A stretch of DNA of 64,000 bases, from assembly GCA_963422375.2 (NCBI GenBank), contig OY729428.2:992001-1056000 (forward strand). Reading direction: 5' to 3'. Source of the stretch: Bryobacterales bacterium. Lineage in GTDB: Bacteria; Acidobacteriota; Terriglobia; Bryobacterales; UBA6623. This document shows positions 20,668-30,290 of this stretch, in pieces (within the stretch, counting starts at the first letter, position 1; the number at the start of each line of letters is the position of its first letter). The notes beneath the pieces are model-generated. The model was given only the letters and a program-made list of their open reading frames with translations. It ran no database searches and was not told where the DNA came from. The position numbers and the translations under genes were made by a program.

Positions 20668-21719
20668 CCTGATTACCCACAAGACTCAGCCAAGGTTAGG
20701 AGGCGGTAAGGCCTGGGCGGGGTGCGCACGGAGGCGTGGAGCAGGCGGGGGACCAGCGCCTCCGGATCGTAGCGGCGGTTGAAGCGGTAGCGGAACTCGG
20801 CGAGGTACCGCGGCAGGTGCTTGCCGTCGAGCGCATGGCAGGTTCCCGCCAGGGACTGCTTGACGTTCCCCAGCATCGTGCTGACCCGGAAGAAGCGGGA
20901 ATCCCCGCAGCTCCGCTGCCCGCCTGCGGTGACGGTCGGCACGTGCTCGCAGCCGGCGTCGGCCACGCCCCGGAAGCAGGCCGGGCCGTCGGAATGCACC
21001 TCCGTGCCGGGCTGCAAGTGCCGTCCGGCCCATGCTGCCAGCGTCTTCTTGCGGAAGCCCGCCACGCTGCTCATGCGCATCCTTGCCGGCTTGCCGTCGG
21101 CGGTGACCTGGGTGACCTGCACGGCGGCGACGAACGGCGTCTTGCCCGCCGCGCCGCGACCGCGCTTGCCGCCGGTCCGCTCCCCGCCCCAGCAGGCCCC
21201 AGTAGGCGTCGTCCACCTGCACGATGCCGCCCGGCGGCACGCGCTCGTCGCGCTCCTTCATCACTTGCAAGAGCTTGTGCTTCATCTTCCAAGCCGTGTT
21301 CCGGCTCACGCCCAGCTGCCGCGCCAGTTCCAGCGACGAAACGCCGTGCTGGCCCTGCGTCAGCAGGTGGATCGCCAGGAACCGGACGGTCAGCGGCAGC
21401 TTGGTGGCGGCGAAGATCGTGCCGGCGACGAGGGAGGTCCGGCGGTGGCAGGCATGGCACTGCCGGAGCTTGCGGGAGCGGATGCGGCAGTGCCGTCGGG
21501 AGCCGCACTCCGGGCAGCGGAAGCCGTCCGGCCGGCGGGCCTTGAAGACGGCCTGCTCGCATGGCCCCTCGCTGCCGTAGCGCTGCAGGAACTTGCCCGG
21601 ACTGAGTCCCTTCTGGCATTGCACGCGATTGCGTTTCATCTGCTATCCCCTTTCCTATCAGAGATTTCCGACCTCCTCCAGGATAGCATATCCTCGGCTG
21701 ACGTTCGTTGGTAATCAGG
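20668..21719 (-). mobile_element. IS1595-family element
   Basis: 24-bp IRs (CCTGATTACC..TCAGCC, 19/24 match); 8-bp duplication TAAGCTTA at 20660-20667 and 21720-21727. Confidence 0.9.
20673..21639 (-). pseudogene. IS1595 transposase, frameshifted
   Basis: Zn ribbon CPEC..CHAC, GTIFAATKLPL, VDDAYWG, HSDG, YLAEFRYRFNRR. Frameshift caused by a 10-bp duplication at 21186-21205. Confidence 0.88.
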
Positions 21720-21759
21720 TAAGCTTATGATTACCGTCCGAAAGTTCGTCGTCACGCAA

Positions 21760-22550
21760 TTATACCGTCGTCGATAAGAATCCCCGGCAGCTCAAGTTCG
21801 AGTTCGCCTGCCGGACCGTCCGGAGAGTCCGCCGCGCTTTCATCGACGAGTGCGGCAGCGACGCGAGCCGCTGTACCATCCGCCGCGTCATGCGTCGGCT
21901 CAGGCTCACGCCGCAGAAGCCTCGCTTCCGGGCATTCCAGCGCCGGACGGGGCAAGTCGCGCGATGGATTGACACGACATTCCCAGAAATCAAGCGGGAG
22001 GCCGAGCGGGAAGAGGCCTTGATCCTGTTCGCTGACGAGGCCGGAACGCGCTCCGACGAGCACGTGGGACGGACGTGGGGAGTGCGCGGACAGACGCCCC
22101 GATGTGACCGGCACGGCCACGAAGTTTCGCTGCAACATGCTGGCAGCGATCAGCCCGGACGGCCGCATCCATTACATGCTGCACGAGGGCACGGCGGATG
22201 CTGGAAGGTTCTGCTCGTTCGTGAAGCAGGTGGCGGAAGAAACCGGCAGGAAGGTGCGCTTCGTAGTGGACGGCTGCCGGATTCACACGGCGCGAGAGGT
22301 GGCGAGTTTCCTCGAGAAGAAATTCGAGGACGGGCACGTGAGGATTCATATTCTTCCGGCCTACTCCCCGATGCTGAACCCAGCTGAGCTGGCATGGTCG
22401 CACGTGAAGCGGATGGTGAGCCGGAAATGCTTCAAGACCGAGGACGAGCTGTTGCGCCCGCTCGAGGCGGAATTCAAGTCGCTAAGGGACTTGACTGACA
22501 AGGTGGCTCGCTTCTTCAAGGAGCCCGATTGCAAGTACATTCTGGCGTGA
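21760..22550 (+). pseudogene. IS630 transposase, N-truncated and frameshifted
   Basis: KNPRQLKFEF, LTPQKP, FADEAG, then a frame change near 22100 to VVDG..LPAYSPMLNPAELAW. Confidence 0.85.
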
Positions 22551-23201
22551 CCCGCCCGAGACGACTTTTGCGCTCCTGAGTAGTCGTAGCATTCCAGCGA
22601 AACCTTCGCCTTGAGAAATTGCACCTAACGCCTTTTTTATCAAGTGGATACGAGTTTTGTCACTGGCACTATATATCTGAGTGCCGACAACGCCATATCC
22701 GGCTAGAACTGCTTTGATCGGGGAGGTCGGCGTCTAGGTCGGGTCATTCAAGTGCGGCCGCGGTGGGCACAGAAGGGTGGGATCGTATCTGAATCGCACC
22801 GCCAAGCGGATTTCACGAGGCACGGATTCGATAGGCCCCTTGGCACGCCCCGGTGGAACCCGGGTTGCGGTGGAGGGGCACCTGTTGCAAGCCGATTTCA
22901 TGCCCTCCGAGGGCCGAAAACAGCGGATCCCCAGCTCGCGACGGCCATCATGGATGGTCCGGATCCGGAGCGCCCCTCGCACCGAGCTTGAAGAATGCAC
23001 CCGCAGCGGGCCGCCTCGCTCAGCTCGGCGGGCACCGCTCAGGCCGCGACCGCGGCCTTGCCGGTCAGGTGCCGGTAGGTCAGCGTATTGCCGACCCGGC
23101 CCCGCGCAACGCGCCGCATCTGGTCCGCCGCGTCGCGCGAACTGGGACGTGGACGGAGCAGTCCCTTGCGAACCCCCGCCGCGCGTCCGGCGGCCAAGCA
23201 C

Positions 23202-24620
23202 TCAGGCAAGGATCTCCTTGACCACTCTCGCGGGGTACTGCCCGATCAATCGCTCGTCCAAGCCGTGGACGTTGAAGACAAGCCTCTCGGGATCCAGACC
23301 GAGCAGGTGCAGCATGGTCGCGTGGAAGTCGTGGACGCTGACGCGATTCTCGACGGACTTGTGCCCGATCTCGTCGGTCGCCCCGTGAACGTGTCCTCGC
23401 TTCACGCCGCCCCCGGCCATCCAGATGCTGAAGCCGGCCGGCCCGTGGTCCCGCCCGCTCGTCCCGGCCTGCCCGACCTGCGCCAGCGGCATGCGCCCGA
23501 ACTCCCCGCCCCAGATCAGCAACGTCGAATCGAGCAGACCGCGCTGCTTGAGGTCCTGGATCAACCCGGCTACGGGCTTGTCCGTCTTCCGGCAGGCGTA
23601 GCCGAGCTCCCGCTCCAAGTTCAGGTGGTTGTCCCAGATCTGGTACTCGATGAACACCTGCACGAAACGGACGCCTCGCTCCACCATTCGCCGGGCGAGG
23701 AGCAGGCGTGCCCCGTAGGACCGCGTGCGCTCGTCGTTCATGCCGTACAATTCCTTCGTCGACTCGCTCTCCGAAGAGAGATCCGCGACATCGGTGGCGG
23801 CCATCTGCATGCGCGCTGCCAGCTCGTAGCTCTCGATGCGAGCGTCCAGCTGGGGCTGCAGCGGCCGAGCGTCACGGTGCGCGACGTTCAGCCGACGGAC
23901 CAAGGAGCGCTCCGCCTCGACCAAGGGGCTAGGCAGCTCTTGCTCGCGCCGGAGGTTCAGCACGGGCGGGCCCTCGGCGCGGAATTTCGTGCCTTGGTAT
24001 ACCTGTGGCAGCCAGCCCGACTGCCAGTTCTGAAGATCGTTGATCGGGTACCCCTTGGGGTCGTCGAGAACGACGTACCCCGGCAGGTTCTGGTTCTCGG
24101 TACCGAGGCCGTACACCGCCCACGCGCCCAGTGCCGGCCGGCCCGGCAGCGTTCGCCCCGAATGCATCAGGTACAGCGAGGGCTCGTGGTTGAAGTGCTC
24201 GCCGTGCATCGACCGGATCAGGGTGAGGTCGTCCACCGAGCCCGCCAAGCCCGGCAGCAGGTCCGAGATCTCCATGCCGCACTGGCCGTGCTTGCGGAAG
24301 CCGTACGGCGAGGGCATCAGCGTGCCGACTTCGTCCGTGAACTCGAGCTGGTTCGCGATGTCCCGCGGGGCCGCGGCACCGGCGTGCTTCTCGAGCTCGG
24401 GCTTGTGGTCGAACAGGTCGACCTGGCTCGGCCCCCCGTTCATGAACAGGTGGATAACAGACTTAGCCTTCGGCTCGAAGTCCGGTGGGCGCGCCTTCTG
24501 GTCGTAGCCCCTCCTGCCCTCGCTGGCCGCGAGCTCGCCGCCCAGCAGCCACGCGAGGGCGGCTCCGTGGATACCGTCGCCGATACGGGAGAAGAAGTCG
24601 CGGCGCGTGGGTCGATGCAT
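23202..24620 (-). CDS. DUF1501 protein (Tat signal)
   Basis: TRRDFF; FMNGGPSQVDLFDHKP; LLARRMVERGVRFVQ; WGGEFGRMP; GRDH. Confidence 0.93.
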   Translation of the reverse strand: MHRPTRRDFFSRIGDGIHGAALAWLLGGELAASEGRRGYDQKARPPDFEPKAKSVIHLFMNGGPSQVDLFDHKPELEKHAGAAAPRDIANQLEFTDEVGTLMPSPYGFRKHGQCGMEISDLLPGLAGSVDDLTLIRSMHGEHFNHEPSLYLMHSGRTLPGRPALGAWAVYGLGTENQNLPGYVVLDDPKGYPINDLQNWQSGWLPQVYQGTKFRAEGPPVLNLRREQELPSPLVEAERSLVRRLNVAHRDARPLQPQLDARIESYELAARMQMAATDVADLSSESESTKELYGMNDERTRSYGARLLLARRMVERGVRFVQVFIEYQIWDNHLNLERELGYACRKTDKPVAGLIQDLKQRGLLDSTLLIWGGEFGRMPLAQVGQAGTSGRDHGPAGFSIWMAGGGVKRGHVHGATDEIGHKSVENRVSVHDFHATMLHLLGLDPERLVFNVHGLDERLIGQYPARVVKEILA

Positions 24621-24628
24621 GCCAGCCC

Positions 24629-27529
24629 TCAGTCGATGTACAGGAACTCCGCGGAATTCAGCAGGGCGTGCGCCATCGAGCCCAGGGCGTGCCAGCGAGC
24701 CGCCTCGCGGCGCGGCCCGACGTACCGGGTCTGGTCAAGATGCGCGAGCCAGTGGCCGTCCAGCTCCGAGACGTCGCGCGAGGCGAGGGCGGCCTCCTCC
24801 GCGATGGGAGGACGCGTCAGAATCCGCTCGTAGGCGGCGGCGACCTGTGCCTCGATATCGTCGGGCTGCTCGTCGATCAGGCGGCCCGCAAGGAACCGGG
24901 CATGCTCCAGCACGGCCGAGCCGTTCATCATCTGCAGCGCCTGCGGCGCGACGTTGGACTCCCTGCGCTCGGTGCAGTTGGGAGCCGGCTTGGGAGCGTC
25001 GAACACCTCGAGCAGCGTCACCGGCAGCCGCCGCTTCCTCTGAACGTACACCGCTCGCCGCCAGCCGCCAGCCGTCGCGTCGGGCACTATTTCCCCGCTG
25101 GCCTTCTTGGTGACGCCGACGGGCCGACCGAATCGCTCGGGATCCAGCCGCCCGGTGACGCGAAGCACGGAATCGTGCAGCACCTCCGCGTCCATCCGGC
25201 GCAGCGGCATGCGCGACAGGAGCTTGTTCTCGGGATCCGCCTCGGCCGCGCGGGGGGCGACGCGGCTGGTCTGCCGGTAGGCGGCCGAAGTCATGATGAG
25301 CCGGTGCATGGCCTTGATGCTCCAGCCCTGCCGCACGAACTCCGTCGCGAGCCAGTCCAGCAGCTCGGGGTGTGTCGGCTTGGCGCCGGTCAGGCCGAAG
25401 TTCGAAGGCGTCGAGACGATGCCGCGTCCGAAGTGGCTCAGCCAGATACGGTTCGCCATGACCCGGGACGTGAGAGGATGGCCCGGTTCGGTGAGCCAGC
25501 GGGCGAACGCCAGGCGGTTGCCGCTCGTGCCCTCCCGCGGCGGAGTCGGCTCGTAGCGGGCCGTCCGGGCCGCGAGCATGCGCGGCACGCCGGGATGCAC
25601 GCGTTGCCCGATGGCCTCCACGTCGCCCCGCTGCAGCAGGAAGGCAGGTGACGGCTCTCCGCCCAGGTCGTAGACGGCGCGGATCTTGGGCGGCGGCACC
25701 AAGTCGGCCTTGAGCTCCTTGATCCTCCTGTTGATCGTGCCGGCCGTGTCCTTGAGCTCCGGAAAGGCCTCCGCGATTTGGTGCCACTCGCCGTCCGCGT
25801 CGGGAATCTTCAGCAGATCCTCGTGCTCCTTCGCCAGCGCGTTCTGCGCCCGCGTCCGCTCTTTCCTCGGCGTGTGCGCGATGGACCACAAGTCGTCCCG
25901 CACGGCTGTCGGCGCCTGGACCAGCCTGCGTTCCAGCTCGCGCTCGAAGTAGGGAGTGACGAGAGCCTCGAATTCGGCTTCGAGCTCCTTGATCCGTGCC
26001 TGGACGGGGGCGTTCGCCTTCTCGGCGGCCTCGCGCTCGGAAGCAAGGCCCACCTCGAGGAATCGCTCGGTCGGATCCCGCCAGTCGTAGGGATCCAGAG
26101 CGGACTGGAACACGGCGCTCAGGCTGTAGTACTCCCTCTGCGAGAGGGGATCGTACTTGTGGTCGTGGCAGCGGGCGCAGCCGACGGTCACGCCCAGGAC
26201 GGCGGAGCTGAGCACCTCCATCTCGTCCGCCACCACGTTGAATCGCTCCGCGATGGATCCGGTCGCCGAGCCGTAGGTCCCGTCGGGCGTCATCCGCAGG
26301 AATCCGGTAGCGGCGAGCGTGTCCACGTGGTCCTGCGTGACGGTGTCGAGCGCCGCGAAGTCGATCAGCTCGTCCCCCGCCAGCTGCTCGGTCAGGAACC
26401 GGTCGTAGGGCGTGTCCGAGTTCAGCGCCCGAATGACGTAGTCGCGGTAGCGCCAGGCATGCAGTCGCAGCCGGTCCTCGTCGATCACCCCCTCCGAATC
26501 GGCGTATCCCGCCAGGTCCAGCCAGATCTGCGCCCAGCGCTCGCCGTACTCGTCGGAATCGAGCAGCCGGTCGACCAGTCGCTCGTACGCGCCAGGCGCG
26601 GTGTCGTCCATGTAGGCGCGGACCTGGTCGGGAGCGGGCGGCATGCCCGTCAGGTCGAGCGACGCCCTGCGCAGCAGGGAGCGGCGGTCGGCCTCGGGCG
26701 AGAGCTTCAGCCCCGCTTCCTCGAGCCTGCGCAGCAGGAACGCATCGATGGGATTACGGACCTGCTCCTTGCTCGCTACGTCGGGCACGTCGGGACGGCC
26801 GGGAGGCTGGAATGCCCAGTGGGCGAGGTCCGCCTCGCTCAGAGGAGGCTCCGCAGCAGGTCCGGAGGCGCCCGCGGACAACGCCCCTTCCGCGATCCAC
26901 TTGCGCAGCAGCGCCACCTCCGCCTCGCTCGGCGTCTTGACGTGGTTCTCGAAGAGCATGTCGGGCGGCGGCATCTCGCCGGCGGCGATTCGCTGCAGCA
27001 GGAGACTTTCCTCCGGCTTGCCCGGCACCAAGGCCGGGCCGGACTTGCCGCCCTTCAGGCGCGAGGCGTGCGTCCGCAGGTCGAGCCCACCTTCCTGGGC
27101 GCGCTTTCCGTGGCACCGGCCACAGCGCATCTGGAAGATCGGCAGGACGTCAGTCTCCGTGGTCGGCGCGGCGTCGGCGATCTCGCCGGATCTCCCGGCG
27201 ACTTCGATCCACGCCCGGATGGCCAGGATCTCCTCTTCGGGAAGCCTCCCGCCTCCCATGGGCATCTGGCCCGAAACCACCTTCGCCAGCAGCAGGCTGC
27301 GGTCGGGGTAGCCCGGCACGATGGACGCCCCGGACTTGCCGCCTCTAAGGATTCCGGCCGGGGTGCCGAGTTGCAGGCCCCCCTGCGGGCTCTCGCTGTG
27401 GCAGGCGATGCACCGCCGCTCGATAATGGGCCGGACGCTCGAATCGAAGTCCGACAGGTCCGCCGCAGCAGCGGCACCGAGGGTCGCGCCGACCAGGACC
27501 AAAGCGGCAAGGATGCGATACGCAATCAT
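24629..27529 (-). CDS. PSD1/planctomycete cytochrome c protein with two N-terminal cytochrome domains
   Basis: CIACH, CGRCH, CARCHDHKYDP; NPIDAFL; PTHPELLDWLA; QALQMMN. Start could be 27541. Confidence 0.92.
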   Translation of the reverse strand: MIAYRILAALVLVGATLGAAAAADLSDFDSSVRPIIERRCIACHSESPQGGLQLGTPAGILRGGKSGASIVPGYPDRSLLLAKVVSGQMPMGGGRLPEEEILAIRAWIEVAGRSGEIADAAPTTETDVLPIFQMRCGRCHGKRAQEGGLDLRTHASRLKGGKSGPALVPGKPEESLLLQRIAAGEMPPPDMLFENHVKTPSEAEVALLRKWIAEGALSAGASGPAAEPPLSEADLAHWAFQPPGRPDVPDVASKEQVRNPIDAFLLRRLEEAGLKLSPEADRRSLLRRASLDLTGMPPAPDQVRAYMDDTAPGAYERLVDRLLDSDEYGERWAQIWLDLAGYADSEGVIDEDRLRLHAWRYRDYVIRALNSDTPYDRFLTEQLAGDELIDFAALDTVTQDHVDTLAATGFLRMTPDGTYGSATGSIAERFNVVADEMEVLSSAVLGVTVGCARCHDHKYDPLSQREYYSLSAVFQSALDPYDWRDPTERFLEVGLASEREAAEKANAPVQARIKELEAEFEALVTPYFERELERRLVQAPTAVRDDLWSIAHTPRKERTRAQNALAKEHEDLLKIPDADGEWHQIAEAFPELKDTAGTINRRIKELKADLVPPPKIRAVYDLGGEPSPAFLLQRGDVEAIGQRVHPGVPRMLAARTARYEPTPPREGTSGNRLAFARWLTEPGHPLTSRVMANRIWLSHFGRGIVSTPSNFGLTGAKPTHPELLDWLATEFVRQGWSIKAMHRLIMTSAAYRQTSRVAPRAAEADPENKLLSRMPLRRMDAEVLHDSVLRVTGRLDPERFGRPVGVTKKASGEIVPDATAGGWRRAVYVQRKRRLPVTLLEVFDAPKPAPNCTERRESNVAPQALQMMNGSAVLEHARFLAGRLIDEQPDDIEAQVAAAYERILTRPPIAEEAALASRDVSELDGHWLAHLDQTRYVGPRREAARWHALGSMAHALLNSAEFLYID

Positions 27530-27699
27530 GCTTGGCAACATGATTGCATTCCGAGCCGGTCTGTGCTGGCGGCGAACCCGCAGCCTAGCAAGAAATCGCG
27601 CATTTCGGCGCAACGCTGGCTGGCAGAGGGACAAGCAGCGCATGGCCTGAACCGCGCCGAAGCTCCGAATCGGCCGCGGCCCGCAGCGAGCGGGAGGGC

Positions 27700-28203
27700 C
27701 TATCCGGGAGGCTCCGCGATCTCCACCCGCAGGGCACCGGCACCGGCCAGCCTCTCCGCGAGCCCTTCCGCTCGGGGAAGCTGGACGATCACGCCCTCGT
27801 CGGGCAGGTCCGGCACCGGTGCCCGCCGACGAGAGCCGGCCAAGCCGGCTTCGCGGATCATCATGCAGAGCGTTCCGAAGATAGCTCCCGCCATCGTGAC
27901 CTCGAACGTGACGACCGCCGTGGCCCAGCCGGATGTGACCGGCATGCCGCCCGTCACGAGGGGATAGTCGCGCTGGATCCAGAACACCAGAGCGGTCGCC
28001 CCGGACCCGGCCGCGATCGCACTCAGCACCGCGACCAGCGACATGCGGCTGCGACGCGGCAGAAGAGGCGATTCCGTCTCGACGGGCCGTCGCGAGTAGA
28101 TTTCGATGTCCCCGGGCGACACGCCGGCCGACACCAGAGACTCCACCGCGGCGGCCGCCGTTTCGGGGCTGCCGAATTCAGCGTGCAGGAATGCCGTCGT
28201 CAT
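27700..28203 (-). CDS. actD: ActD-like (DUF3341) membrane protein
   Basis: AEFGSPE, IEIYS.RP, two TM helices, YPLVTGGMP, TFEVT; overlaps the ActC 3' end. Confidence 0.75.
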   Translation of the reverse strand: MTTAFLHAEFGSPETAAAAVESLVSAGVSPGDIEIYSRRPVETESPLLPRRSRMSLVAVLSAIAAGSGATALVFWIQRDYPLVTGGMPVTSGWATAVVTFEVTMAGAIFGTLCMMIREAGLAGSRRRAPVPDLPDEGVIVQLPRAEGLAERLAGAGALRVEIAEPPG

Positions 28204-29536
28204 ATTCCCAGATGGCGATGATCGGAAACGCCTTGACGAAGAGCAGGTAGAGCAGGATCATCGCGGCGAACGTCCCGGCCGTGATCGAGAGCTCGATCCA
28301 GCTCGGCGCGTAGCCGCCCGCGGCAGCGGGGAGGTAGGGCGTCGCGAGCGTCGGAACGACGATCAGGAAGCGTTCCAACCACATCCCGACCAAGACGGCC
28401 GCCCCGCTGGCCGCGACCGTCGCGATGCTGCGGAGCCTCGCGATCCCTAGCAGGACGAGCGGGACCGCGAAGTTGCAGGCCACCATCGTCCAGAACAGGA
28501 AGCCGTACAGCCCGTGCTCCCGCACGGCCAGGACGCGCATCTCCCCCGGGAAATTGCCGTACCAGGTCGTCAGGTGCTCCGAGAACGTGAAGTAGAACCA
28601 GACGAGGCTCAGCAGCAGCAGCAGCTTGCCCAGATTGACGAAGTGCAGCTCGCGGAGGTAGTCCTCGAGCCGCAGCGCCTTGCGCAGGGCCGCCATCACC
28701 AGCACGAGCGCGGCGATTCCGCTGAAGATCGCGCCGACCACGAAATACGGCGCGAAGATGGTGCTGTGCCATGTCGGGGCGACCGACATCGAGAAGTCGT
28801 ACGCCACGACCGAATGCACCGAGACCGCCACGGCGAGAATCAGGACGGCCATTAGCTTCATGGCCCGCTCCAAGGCCTGCCACTGACGGTCCGCTCCGGT
28901 CCATCCCAGCGACAGCGCCCGGTAGACCTTGCGCTTGAACCCGTCGCTGCGGCTCGCGATGTCCGCCAGATCGGGGATCAGCGGAAGGTAGAGGTAGATC
29001 AGGCTGCCGGTCAGGTAGGTCAATATGGCGGTCAGGTCCCAGAACAGGGGCGAGCGGAAGTTCGGCCACAACAGCCGCTCGTTCGGATACGGCAGCATCC
29101 AGAAGAAGACCGCCGGGCGGCCGATGTGGATCAGCGGGAACAGCCCGCCGATCATCAGGCAGAACACCGTGATCGCCTCCGCCGCGCGCGTCACGGGCTT
29201 GCGCCAGCCGGCGCCGGTCAGCCGCAGGATGGCGGAGATCAGCGTCCCCGCATGGGAGATGCCGATCCAGAACACGAAGTTGACGATATGCAGGCCCCAG
29301 TACACGGGCCGGGAGATGCCCGCGTGCCCGATGCCGCGAAAGATCTGGTAGCCCCACGCGTAGAGCGCCCACGCCACGACCGCGCCGCAGATCGTCACGG
29401 ACGCGAGGTAGGCCCCGCTGCGACCCTCCATGCGGCCCAAGATCTCCTCGCGCACCTGCGAGGCGCTCTTGGCGGGGGAATGGCCCGGAACCCGCCGCGG
29501 GCCCTCGGGCGGCCCGTGGATGCCATGCCCGCGCAT
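28178..29536 (-). CDS. actC: NrfD/ActC-type quinol-interacting membrane subunit
   Basis: VYWGLHIVNFVFWIGISHAGTLISAIL, PNFRSPLFWD, WHSTIFAPYFVVGAIFSG. Confidence 0.92.
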   Translation of the reverse strand: MRGHGIHGPPEGPRRVPGHSPAKSASQVREEILGRMEGRSGAYLASVTICGAVVAWALYAWGYQIFRGIGHAGISRPVYWGLHIVNFVFWIGISHAGTLISAILRLTGAGWRKPVTRAAEAITVFCLMIGGLFPLIHIGRPAVFFWMLPYPNERLLWPNFRSPLFWDLTAILTYLTGSLIYLYLPLIPDLADIASRSDGFKRKVYRALSLGWTGADRQWQALERAMKLMAVLILAVAVSVHSVVAYDFSMSVAPTWHSTIFAPYFVVGAIFSGIAALVLVMAALRKALRLEDYLRELHFVNLGKLLLLLSLVWFYFTFSEHLTTWYGNFPGEMRVLAVREHGLYGFLFWTMVACNFAVPLVLLGIARLRSIATVAASGAAVLVGMWLERFLIVVPTLATPYLPAAAGGYAPSWIELSITAGTFAAMILLYLLFVKAFPIIAIWEYDDGIPAR

Positions 29537-29545
29537 GGTGCCGGT

Positions 29546-30274
29546 CTAGTCCGCCTTCTCCAGGTAGAAGACCCGCGGCTTCGTGCCTACCTCCGGGAGC
29601 AGCTGGCCCGACCGACCGCTGCCGATCGCCTTGGAAACCTTGCTCCGCGGGTCGCTCATGTCTCCGAACACCATGGCCTCCGCGGGGCACGACTGGACGC
29701 AGGCCGGCTGGACCTCGCCGTCGGCAACGGGCCGGTCCTCCGCGCTTGCGTCCAGCTTGGCGCGCTTGATCCGCTGGACGCAGAACGTGCATTTCTCTGC
29801 CACGCCGCCGGGCCGGACCGAGACGTCCGGATTCAGCTGCAAGCCCAAGGGATCGGCCCACTCCGGCGCGAACCAGTTGAAGAAGCGGACCGTGTAGGGA
29901 CAGTTGTTCGCGCAGTAGCGTGTCCCGATGCAGCGGTTGTAGATCTGGACATTCAGGCCCTCGGAGTTCTGGTAGGTCGCGTACACCGGGCAGACCGGCT
30001 CGCAGGGGGCGTCGTCGCACTGCTGGCAGAGCACCGGACGGTACTTGACCCTGATATCCGGGAACTCGCCCTCGTAGTAGCGGTCGATGCGGATCCAGTG
30101 CTTGGCCCGGCCCAGGGCCGCCTGCTCGTCGCCGGCTGTGGGCACGTTGTTCTCCGCGGCGCAGGCCACCACGCAGGCCTCGCAGCCCGTGCAGCGGTCG
30201 AGATCGATCGCCATGGCCCACTGCGGGACATGCTCCGCGGCTTCCCGGACTCCGTCCGTCGCATCGTCGGCCAT
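29546..30274 (-). CDS. 4Fe-4S dicluster protein (ActB2-like)
   Basis: CTGCEAC, CQQCDDAPCEPVC, CIGTRYCANNC, CTFC, ACVQSC. Confidence 0.92.
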   Translation of the reverse strand: MADDATDGVREAAEHVPQWAMAIDLDRCTGCEACVVACAAENNVPTAGDEQAALGRAKHWIRIDRYYEGEFPDIRVKYRPVLCQQCDDAPCEPVCPVYATYQNSEGLNVQIYNRCIGTRYCANNCPYTVRFFNWFAPEWADPLGLQLNPDVSVRPGGVAEKCTFCVQRIKRAKLDASAEDRPVADGEVQPACVQSCPAEAMVFGDMSDPRSKVSKAIGSGRSGQLLPEVGTKPRVFYLEKAD

Positions 30275-30290
30275 CGGCTTCGACTCTCCT

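Larger units (their letters stand above)
20537..22580 (+). mobile_element. IS630-family element (degenerate; hosts nested IS1595)
   Basis: 20-bp IRs CTGAGGAGCACAAAAGTCGT (20537-20556) and ACGACTTTTGCGCTCCTGAG (22561-22580), 18/20 match. TA on both flanks. Confidence 0.85.

Noticed and set aside
22090..22110. Programmed frameshift in the IS630 transposase
   Set aside because: No slippery run at the break, and the gene is also N-truncated, so decay is the simpler explanation.
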